Position numbers and translations under genes: made by a program. 64,000 bases of DNA, from positions 1 through 64,000 of the forward strand of contig NZ_MWQY01000018.1 in the NCBI RefSeq assembly GCF_002087085.1, written 5' to 3'. Below, piece by piece: positions 20,248-28,076 of this stretch (within the stretch, counting starts at the first letter, position 1; every line of letters begins with the position of its first letter). Under the pieces are notes generated by a model. It was not told where the DNA came from, did not search any database, and was given only the letters and a program-made list of their open reading frames with translations.

Positions 20248-20682
20248 CTATTTTTCCTGTCTGATCTCAATCTGACGGGGTTTGGCCTCAGGTCTTTTTT
20301 CCATCGTCAGGGTCAGTATACCGTTACTGAAGCTTCCGCTTATCTTCTCGTTATCCACATCCTTGGGCAAGACGAAGCTGCGACTGAACTCCCGGATCTT
20401 TCTTTCCCGGACCAGGTAGCGGGCTTCGGTTTTCCCGGAGTTTTCCACGTTCACGGATGAAATAGTCAGCAGATTATCATCCACCTTTACATCCACATCC
20501 TTCTCGCTGAAACCGGGTATTTCTGCTTCCAGCAGATAGCGTCCCTCTTCTTCACGCACATCTACCCGGGGAGCATAAAAACCGTCCTGGGGCAGGTCTT
20601 CAAAGAAGTTGTTGAAAAGTCGGTCCATATCGTTCCACAGGCTTGCATTGCGGGGTCTGGTATGTCGTACAATAGCTCTCAT
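20248..20682 (-). CDS. Hsp20/alpha-crystallin small heat-shock protein
   Basis: PRVDVRE, AEIPG, FSRSFVLP, NGILTL; SD GAGGAG before ATG 20682. Confidence 0.93.
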   Translation of the reverse strand: MRAIVRHTRPRNASLWNDMDRLFNNFFEDLPQDGFYAPRVDVREEEGRYLLEAEIPGFSEKDVDVKVDDNLLTISSVNVENSGKTEARYLVRERKIREFSRSFVLPKDVDNEKISGSFSNGILTLTMEKRPEAKPRQIEIRQEK

Positions 20683-20733
20683 AATTGTCTCCTCTTCTTC
20701 CCTGGGGGAAGATAATATTTCTATCATAATACA

Positions 20734-20750
20734 AGCATTTTTCATGCCAA
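20734..20750 (-). promoter_or_regulatory. Sigma54 (-24/-12) promoter of hsp20
   Basis: TTGGCATGAAAAATGCT, exact GG-N10-GC spacing, about 50 nt upstream of the start. Confidence 0.7.
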
Positions 20751-20965
20751 TTTATATATTTCATTGCATAATAACAAGTTATGCATATTTTGCCCTGTGG
20801 TACCTGTCAGCCGAATGCTATCTTGTGTGTCGTTTTTACACATGTCCCATTTTAACGATACATGTAGTGTTATTTTGACTCATCAACAGGCTCCTGGGAT
20901 CCCGATACGACACAAACCGCTGCAGCCTTGATTCACCCTGACGAGATCGTTAGAATCCTCAGTCA

Positions 20966-21493
20966 ATGGAAAGCAGGATTATCTGCGGGCTCGGCAATCC
21001 TGGAAGGGAATACGCACGGAGCCGCCACAACATCGGATGGATGCTCCTTGAGGCCTGGCAGCCGTCCCTCGACTACCGCAGCAAATTCAAGGGTGAATAC
21101 GCCCTTATACACAGCCCTGTAAAACTGATAAGCCTGAAACCCATGACCTTCATGAATAAAAGCGGCGAAAGTCTCAGATCCTGCGCGGACTTTTTCTCCG
21201 TCTCACCCGGGGACATCCTGGTAATTCATGACGATCTGGAGCTCTCCTTTGGAGATGTTCAGATAAAGAAGGGGGGCGGCCTGGGAGGACACAACGGACT
21301 CAAGTCAGTCAGGCAGCACCTTGGGACCCCGGATTTTTACCGGCTGCGTTTCGGTATAGGACGCCCCCGGAGGGGCAGTGTTTCGGACTTTGTCCTTTCC
21401 CGGTTCTCCAAAGAAGAGGAAGCGGAGCTGCCGGATCTGCTTCTCAAGGGAGTTCAGATTCTGGAAGAGTTCATTCGCAAGGAGAAACAATGA
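20966..21493 (+). CDS. pth: Peptidyl-tRNA hydrolase
   Basis: GLGNPG, RHNIG, KPMTFMNKSG, HDDL, GGHNGLKS, RLRFGIGRP. Confidence 0.96.
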   Translation: MESRIICGLGNPGREYARSRHNIGWMLLEAWQPSLDYRSKFKGEYALIHSPVKLISLKPMTFMNKSGESLRSCADFFSVSPGDILVIHDDLELSFGDVQIKKGGGLGGHNGLKSVRQHLGTPDFYRLRFGIGRPRRGSVSDFVLSRFSKEEEAELPDLLLKGVQILEEFIRKEKQ

Positions 21494-21978
21494 ACCACGA
21501 ATTATCCCTCAGGGTAATCGAGTATTTTGGAACCGACTCCAGAAGAATTCACCACGCCATGCAGGTCTACGGTTTTGCCGAGACAATTCTTCTTGCAGAA
21601 GGGATTGTCGGCAAGGAAAGGCAGGTCATTGAAACAGCAGCCCTTATCCATGACATCGGGATTCCTGAGGCGGAACGAAAACACGGCTCTTCCGCCGGCA
21701 ATTACCAGGAGCTCGAAGGACCTCCCCTGGCCCGGACAATCCTTGAAGGACTCTCATACCCGGAGGAGGTAATCAATCGCGTCTGCTTCATAATAGCCAA
21801 CCACCACAGCTACACTAAAATTGACGGCATCGACTTCCGCATACTCGTGGAAGCCGATCTTATCGTCAATATCTACGGCAACACCATGTCCCGGCAAGCC
21901 GCAGACACCCTGATCAGCAAACACTTTGTCACTGCCGCCGGGAGGCGAATCGCCGAAGGGATGTATCAGGGGTATTGA
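21490..21978 (+). CDS. HD-domain phosphohydrolase
   Basis: RIHH, AALIHDIG, NHH, EAD. Confidence 0.88.
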   Translation: MNHELSLRVIEYFGTDSRRIHHAMQVYGFAETILLAEGIVGKERQVIETAALIHDIGIPEAERKHGSSAGNYQELEGPPLARTILEGLSYPEEVINRVCFIIANHHSYTKIDGIDFRILVEADLIVNIYGNTMSRQAADTLISKHFVTAAGRRIAEGMYQGY

Positions 21979-22883
21979 GCTCCCGCGACACCAACATATA
22001 CCGAGTACACAGCATGGGTTCCCATGATGAACAGCTGATTTCGTTTCTTTCCGCCAAAGGTGAGGTTGGCAACGACATCAGGGACCAGGATCTTACCGAG
22101 AAGCTCTCCCCCGGGAGAATAACAGTGAACACCGTCAGCTGCACTGCTCCAGACATTTCCGTCGATATCAACCCTGAATCCGTCGGAAATCCCCGGATTC
22201 ACTTCGACAAAGACCGTGTTCCCGCTTAACTCATTTCCATCTTTCACTTGGAAACGACGAATATGGTGGGCTCCATTCTTGTCGTGGGTAGCTCCCGTAT
22301 CCGAAATATAGAGGTATTTTTCATCGGGAGAAAAGGCCAGACCGTTGGGCATCTGGAAATCATCGGCCACGACCGTCAGCTTCTCTTCCTTCGGGTCATA
22401 CCGAAATACATAGTTCTTTCCTGTTTCGCTGGGGCTGCGCTTTCCCTCGTAATCAGACATGATGCCGTAGGGAGGATCGGTGAACCAGATTGTACCATCC
22501 GATTTAACAACGACATCATTCGGAGAATTAAGACGTTTCCCTTCATAATTATCAACCAGCACGGTTATCGATCCGTCTATTTCCGTGCGGGTAACCCTCC
22601 GGGAAAGATGCTCGCAGCTTATAAGGCGTCCCTGTCTGTCCCGGGTATTGCCATTGGAATTATTCGATGGCGACCTGAATACGCTCACCCCCAGACCATC
22701 AACCCAGCGCATCATGCGGTTATTGGGAATATCACTCCAGACAAAATAGTCCCCATCGGAAAAATAGACCGGACCTTCGCACCACTTCATTCCGTCATGA
22801 ACCAGTTCCAGGTCACAGTTTCCCAGCAGATAATACCGGAACCGTTCATCAAAAATTTCATAATCCCGAATACGTTCTCCCAT
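21966..22883 (-). CDS. SMP-30/gluconolactonase family protein
   Basis: WCEGP, SNG, LNSPND, FTDPPYG, PNGLAFSPD, DGFRVD. Confidence 0.92.
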   Translation of the reverse strand: MGERIRDYEIFDERFRYYLLGNCDLELVHDGMKWCEGPVYFSDGDYFVWSDIPNNRMMRWVDGLGVSVFRSPSNNSNGNTRDRQGRLISCEHLSRRVTRTEIDGSITVLVDNYEGKRLNSPNDVVVKSDGTIWFTDPPYGIMSDYEGKRSPSETGKNYVFRYDPKEEKLTVVADDFQMPNGLAFSPDEKYLYISDTGATHDKNGAHHIRRFQVKDGNELSGNTVFVEVNPGISDGFRVDIDGNVWSSAADGVHCYSPGGELLGKILVPDVVANLTFGGKKRNQLFIMGTHAVYSVYVGVAGAQYP

Positions 22884-22899
22884 ACCTTGCTCCTTGTCT

Positions 22900-23898
22900 T
22901 TACGTACTCTTCAGCTGCCGAATAATACTGTCCAGCAATACAGAAAAGATGATGACCACACCGACGGCGGCTCCCTGCCAGAAGGGTGATACCCCGAGAA
23001 GATTTAATCCATTGTTAAGAACCGTAATAATGGCTATACCTATAAGCGTTCCCAGGAGCCCCCCCTTGCCGCCGGCAAGACTTGTTCCTCCGATGACGAC
23101 TGCAGCAATGGCATTCAATTCAATATTTATGCCCGTATCAGGATCGACTGCTCCCAGGCGGGATGTAAGAATCAATCCGGAAACAGCGCAAAGAAAACCG
23201 GTAATTGCATAGGTCAGCGCCGTATAAAAACGGACGCGTACGCCCGAAAGATGAGCGGCCTCTTCGTTGCTTCCGATGGCATAAATATATAAACCGACCT
23301 TCGTCTGTTTCAGCATGAAATAGGCCATTCCAAACAACACAATGAACACAATAAGGTACAAGGGAACGCTTCCGATCTCTGCATTTCCGAAAAAGCGATA
23401 CGCCTCAGGAAGTCCCACCAGCGAACGGCCATCCGTCAGCAGATATGTGGCCGATCGCCCTATGGATAAAAAGCCCAGGGTGACTATAAACGCCGCCAAC
23501 CGCGCATATGCCACAAGAAAACCCTTAATGACACCGACAAGGGTTCCCAAAAGCAGCATGGCAACAACGCCCGGAATTACACCGAACTGCTGCATTACGA
23601 TTCCACCGAACATTGCTGCCACCGCGGCGTTACTGCCTACGGACAGATCTATACCCCCCGTCAGGATTACAAGGGTTTGACCTATGGCAATAATCCCCAG
23701 AAATGTTGCCTGCCAGAACAGGTTTCGAAAGTTGCGAATGGTAAGGAACCTCGGGGTCAGTATCGTCAGTACCAGACAGAGAAGGATGAATGCAATTGTC
23801 ATGACAATCTCAACCTGGGATGTGTAGGACAGCAGCTTATTCCCTTTCTCTTTCCATTTCTGAATTAAATTTGGCGACCCGTACATAGTCTCTTTCAT
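22900..23898 (-). CDS. Monosaccharide ABC transporter permease (RbsC family)
   Basis: GGIDLSVG, FIVTLG, IGSNEEAA, IAAVVIGGTSL. Confidence 0.93.
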   Translation of the reverse strand: MKETMYGSPNLIQKWKEKGNKLLSYTSQVEIVMTIAFILLCLVLTILTPRFLTIRNFRNLFWQATFLGIIAIGQTLVILTGGIDLSVGSNAAVAAMFGGIVMQQFGVIPGVVAMLLLGTLVGVIKGFLVAYARLAAFIVTLGFLSIGRSATYLLTDGRSLVGLPEAYRFFGNAEIGSVPLYLIVFIVLFGMAYFMLKQTKVGLYIYAIGSNEEAAHLSGVRVRFYTALTYAITGFLCAVSGLILTSRLGAVDPDTGINIELNAIAAVVIGGTSLAGGKGGLLGTLIGIAIITVLNNGLNLLGVSPFWQGAAVGVVIIFSVLLDSIIRQLKST

Positions 23899-25451
23899 GA
23901 ATTTTCTACCTCGTTTGTTGATGCACTGGACGCATAGCGTATTATTTTCTCCTCATCTGCCTCTGACCAGTCCAGTTCTTTTACAATTGTGCCGGAATTC
24001 ATAACCAGTATTCGATCGCTTAAGGCCAGGATTTCCGGTAATTCCGAGGATATCAGAATGATTCCCTTGCCTTCCTGCACAAGCTGATCGATCAATGTAT
24101 AGATTTCGTATTTCGCACCAATATCTATTCCCCTGGTCGGTTCATCGAGGATAAGGATATCAGGATCCAGGGTCAGCCATTTTGCGAAGACGACCTTCTG
24201 CTGATTCCCCCCGGAAAGAGAATCCACGGGGTCCGAGACTTCACCAATACGAATTCGCAGATCATCCACCCGTTTTCTGACAATCCGATCCCCCTCCCGT
24301 TTAGCAAGAATCATCCCTGAACCAAGGGCATAATGGGCAAGCAGCAGGTTATCCTGGATGCTCATGTTGACAATCAAACCGTGACTCTTTCTGTTTTCCG
24401 GAAGCATGCCGATACCCTGCTGAATCGCTTTTCTCGGGGATCGGAAGATCTGGGACCGACTGCCTGTTGATACAGCACCTTCCTTCAGTTTATCTGCACC
24501 AAAAATCGCCCGGGCAAATTCGGTTCGGCCGGCGCCGACCAATCCTGAAAGTCCGACAATCTCGCCCCGACGCACGGTAATGTCACAGCCGCGGCAACGG
24601 GGTCCATTGTTTACATTCTGCGCCTGCAACAGGATTTCTCCAGGTTCACGTCTTTTCCGAATGGAAAAAAGGTCCCCGATCTCCCTTCCAACCATCGAGG
24701 CAATCAGTTCATCAGGAGTTGTTTCTGCTGTTACAAAATCGTTAGTTTTTTCTCCGTCCCGTAAAACGACGATACGATTGGAAAGTTCAAATATCTCTTC
24801 TATTTTATGGGTAACAAAAACAACCGTTGTACCATGATTTTTTTGCAGGCGTCGAACTAATTGAAACAGCTTATCTACTTCCCTGGGACTCAGGGCGGCG
24901 GTAGGCTCATCCAGAATCAAAAGCCGGGCTTCGTATGCGATACCTTTCAGAATTTCCAGAATCTGCTGTTCCGCGACAGACAGATTGGAAACGAGAATAT
25001 CGGGATCGACCGGAAGATCCCAGCCAATCTGACTGTAGAGCTCAAGGGCTCTTTTACGCATATCCTTTCGGTTCAAGAGGGTTTTTGTCGTCCCCCTGGC
25101 GCAGTCGGAAAGATACAGGTTTTCCGCAATTGAAAGGTCCGGCACAAGGTTGAATTCCTGAAGAACAATCCCTATACCTGAATCAATTGCCTCGTTTGTA
25201 TCCCGAAACGATACACGCCTGCCTTCAAGCAGAAGCTCTCCACTGTCATACCCCTGAACCCCGGCGATTATTTTTGCCAGTGTTGATTTTCCAGCACCAT
25301 TTTCACCTACAAGTGCCAGGGTATCACCTTTTTCGATGGTCATGCTGACATTATTCAGGGCCTGGATTCCACCAAAGCGTTTGCTTATCTCTTTTACTTC
25401 AATTAACGGATACACATCATCCCCTATGCTATGCAGAAGCACTGCGGACAC
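23895..25451 (-). CDS. Monosaccharide ABC transporter ATP-binding protein (RbsA/MglA family)
   Basis: GENGAGKS, DEPTAAL, GLVGAGRT, LSGGNQQK, DEPTRGID; start approximate. Confidence 0.94.
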   Translation of the reverse strand: MSAVLLHSIGDDVYPLIEVKEISKRFGGIQALNNVSMTIEKGDTLALVGENGAGKSTLAKIIAGVQGYDSGELLLEGRRVSFRDTNEAIDSGIGIVLQEFNLVPDLSIAENLYLSDCARGTTKTLLNRKDMRKRALELYSQIGWDLPVDPDILVSNLSVAEQQILEILKGIAYEARLLILDEPTAALSPREVDKLFQLVRRLQKNHGTTVVFVTHKIEEIFELSNRIVVLRDGEKTNDFVTAETTPDELIASMVGREIGDLFSIRKRREPGEILLQAQNVNNGPRCRGCDITVRRGEIVGLSGLVGAGRTEFARAIFGADKLKEGAVSTGSRSQIFRSPRKAIQQGIGMLPENRKSHGLIVNMSIQDNLLLAHYALGSGMILAKREGDRIVRKRVDDLRIRIGEVSDPVDSLSGGNQQKVVFAKWLTLDPDILILDEPTRGIDIGAKYEIYTLIDQLVQEGKGIILISSELPEILALSDRILVMNSGTIVKELDWSEADEEKIIRYASSASTNEVENS

Positions 25452-25460
25452 AATAACTGA

Positions 25461-25494
25461 TCCTGTTGCCCGGCTTTACGGCCGGGTAACAGGA
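25461..25494 (-). terminator. Intercistronic stem-loop after the sugar-binding protein gene
   Basis: TCCTGTTGCCCGGC...GCCGGGTAACAGGA inverted repeat. Confidence 0.6.
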
Positions 25495-25525
25495 ATGTAT
25501 ATATGTCCTGCCGAGACACCCTCGT

Positions 25526-26527
25526 TTATTTCTGAGCTTCCAATTCCGCAGGAAAGACATTATCTGCCAGCTGGTCTTCCACATCGAGCACGTTTTCGCG
25601 GGTGACCAGAATGGTCGGAACGAGAACTCTCTCCTCCGGAGTCTCACCATTCAGGTATTTCCACATTGCCTTGAAGGACTCCCGGCCCATAAGCACAGGC
25701 TGCTGCATGGAAGCCGCGGCAATCCTGTCACCTGATTTTATTGCTTCAACCGTTTCAGGGCTGCCGTCGAATCCGACGTGGGCTATGTTCTTGTAGTCTC
25801 CGGTATTTTCAAGAGCAGACAGGGCGCCAAGGTTTGCTTCATCGTGCTGGGTAAACAGGCCGTGAAGGTTCTCATGCGCAGCCATCAGATCCTGAGTAAA
25901 GTTGAATGATTCTCCCCGGGTATACTGATTGCACTGCAGCAGATTAACGACGTTGATTCCGGCTTCGGTCATGGCTTTTTCGAATCCTGCGGTGCGGTCA
26001 CGTCCATTCTGCCGGGCCTGGGAGATAGCAATCTGAGCGACGTCTCCGTTCTCCCATCCTTTTTTCTTCATGATCCGGGCCAGATACTCGCCTGCCTGAT
26101 AGGCACCTTCAAAGTTGTCGGAAATGATAAAGGATACGTATTCACCGGAGTCGGTTCCAATGTCACTGATAACTACGGGGATACCGTCGGCCTTTGCCAG
26201 TTCAAGAACCGGAGGACAGGAGGCACTGTCGGTGGGTGAAATGATAATTCCATCCACTCCTCGCTGAATCAGATCCTGCACGTTCTGCAGCTGAGTTGCA
26301 GCATTCAATTCGGAATCCGAATCAATTATGGTTACCTTCTGACCGAGCTTTTCCGCTTCCTGCTTTATTCCATCGGACACATTTTTCCAGAACGGAACAT
26401 GAAGCGCGGGGGTTACATAAGCAATGGTTATTCCTTCGGAATCACCAGTCGCCTCCTGTTCACCGGCAGAAAAGACAGCTCCCACCAGAAAACAGCTTAC
26501 AATAAGACACAACAATAGTTTCTTCAT
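25526..26527 (-). CDS. Monosaccharide ABC transporter periplasmic binding protein (RbsB family)
   Basis: Signal peptide, PFW..GI, GVDGIIISP, GFDG, QQPVLMG; SD AAGGAG before ATG 26527. Confidence 0.93.
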   Translation of the reverse strand: MKKLLLCLIVSCFLVGAVFSAGEQEATGDSEGITIAYVTPALHVPFWKNVSDGIKQEAEKLGQKVTIIDSDSELNAATQLQNVQDLIQRGVDGIIISPTDSASCPPVLELAKADGIPVVISDIGTDSGEYVSFIISDNFEGAYQAGEYLARIMKKKGWENGDVAQIAISQARQNGRDRTAGFEKAMTEAGINVVNLLQCNQYTRGESFNFTQDLMAAHENLHGLFTQHDEANLGALSALENTGDYKNIAHVGFDGSPETVEAIKSGDRIAAASMQQPVLMGRESFKAMWKYLNGETPEERVLVPTILVTRENVLDVEDQLADNVFPAELEAQK

Positions 26528-26552
26528 ACTATTTCTCCTTTCAGTTTTTATG

Positions 26553-26568
26553 AGCAATATTTATGCCA
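26553..26568 (-). promoter_or_regulatory. Sigma54 promoter of the sugar ABC-lactonase operon
   Basis: TGGCATAAATATTGCT, near-consensus GG-N10-GC; divergent sigma54 activator adjacent. Confidence 0.85.
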
Positions 26569-26640
26569 CATACAGCATATCTTTGAGATACTATCAATAA
26601 TCTTTTTCCCAGCAAGGATTTATCAATAATACACTTTATG

Positions 26641-26670
26641 TTGACAGAAATATTCCGGCCGCCGTATAGT
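26641..26670 (+). promoter_or_regulatory. Sigma70 promoter of the regulator-kinase pair
   Basis: TTGACA-N18-TATAGT. Confidence 0.6.
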
Positions 26671-26676
26671 CAAAGG

Positions 26677-26726
26677 TGTGCATTTTGAAAACAATGAAAC
26701 TACACAGTGTGTGAAATTATGATACA
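26677..26726. promoter_or_regulatory. Tandem candidate upstream activator sequences (TGT-N11-ACA, two copies)
   Basis: TGTGCATTTTGAAAACA (26677-26693) and TGTGAAATTATGATACA (26710-26726), 33 bp apart. Confidence 0.5.
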
Positions 26727-28071
26727 ACAATTGGAAAAGAAATGCTCTGTCCTTGTTGTGGATGACAGGGAAAAGGTCTGCCAGACACTTGTCAAGAATT
26801 TTGTAAAACTGGGTTACGAGGCAGACTTCGTTACTTCCGGATCTGAAGTTCTTCGCACAATACGCAAAAACCGGCCGGATACCGTCCTTCTGGACATTAT
26901 GCTCGGAAGCGACGATGGTATCGAAATCCTGAAAATGGTAAAGCATGAAAACCCTGATCTTCCGGTCATAATGATAACCGGATACGCATCCATTGATTCT
27001 GCTGTACAGTCTCTCAGATGCGGCGCCTATGATTATGTTCAGAAACCCCTCGAATTTGAGGAACTGAGAGAGATTGTCGACCGTGCAGTCAGGGAAAATT
27101 CATCCGGGATGTCACAGCCCGGTCAGGAAACTTCATTTCCAAAGATTGTTACCCAGAGTAAAGAAATGCTCTCCATAATCAAGCAGATTGACAAGCTGGC
27201 ACCCAGCGATCTTCCCATCCTGATTCTCGGAGAAAACGGGACAGGGAAGGAACTGATTGCTGATCGAATTCATCGAAAGTCAAAGCGAAGCTGCCGGCAG
27301 ATGCTGAAAATAAACTGCGCGGCTCTGCCCGAATCGCTTCTTGATAACGAGCTTTTCGGACATGAGAAAGGGGCCTACACAGGAGCAGAGTCGACCTTTC
27401 AGGGTGTCTTTGAGAAGGCCGACGGAAGCAGCCTGATGCTGGATGAAATCGGAGACATGTCGCTGTCCATACAGGCCAAGATTCTCAGGACTCTGCAGCA
27501 TAACGAAATCAGGCGTATCGGAGGAACAGAAACCATATCCATAAATGTCCGATTCATTGCGGCTACCAACAAGGATATCGAAAGTCTCATAAAAAAAGGA
27601 GACTTCCGGGCGGACCTCTTCTATCGACTCAATACCGCTATTATTCGAGTCCCCCCCCTGAGAAACAGACGGGCCGATATCCTTCCCCTGGCACAAACGT
27701 TTCTGGAACAATACTCTCTGAAAAAGGGGATACCCGCAAAGTCACTGACGGACAAAGCTGCCGATATTCTGATGGAGTATCACTGGCCGGGCAATATACG
27801 GGAACTGAAGAATATTGTCGAGTACAGCGCAGCTATTACCGAGTTCTCCGACACCATCACCGACCGCGATCTTCCTCCGCAAATTATGGGAAAAGAAGAT
27901 CTGTTCTCTTCAGATGACGATCCACTCAATATACGTGAAACCATGGAAAGAGAACTTATACAGAAAACCCTGCACAATACCCTGTTCAATAAAAGCGAAA
28001 CTGCACGAATCCTTAAAATGAGCCGTCGAACCTTATACAATAAAATCCAACGCTACAATATTGATATATAA
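26719..28071 (+). CDS. NtrC-family sigma54-dependent response regulator
   Basis: Receiver VVDD/LLD/ITG/QKP; AAA+ GENGTGKE, GAYTGA, LDEI, FRADLFYRLN, WPGNIREL; Fis-type HTH. Confidence 0.95.
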   Translation: MIQQLEKKCSVLVVDDREKVCQTLVKNFVKLGYEADFVTSGSEVLRTIRKNRPDTVLLDIMLGSDDGIEILKMVKHENPDLPVIMITGYASIDSAVQSLRCGAYDYVQKPLEFEELREIVDRAVRENSSGMSQPGQETSFPKIVTQSKEMLSIIKQIDKLAPSDLPILILGENGTGKELIADRIHRKSKRSCRQMLKINCAALPESLLDNELFGHEKGAYTGAESTFQGVFEKADGSSLMLDEIGDMSLSIQAKILRTLQHNEIRRIGGTETISINVRFIAATNKDIESLIKKGDFRADLFYRLNTAIIRVPPLRNRRADILPLAQTFLEQYSLKKGIPAKSLTDKAADILMEYHWPGNIRELKNIVEYSAAITEFSDTITDRDLPPQIMGKEDLFSSDDDPLNIRETMERELIQKTLHNTLFNKSETARILKMSRRTLYNKIQRYNIDI

Positions 28072-28076
28072 AGACC

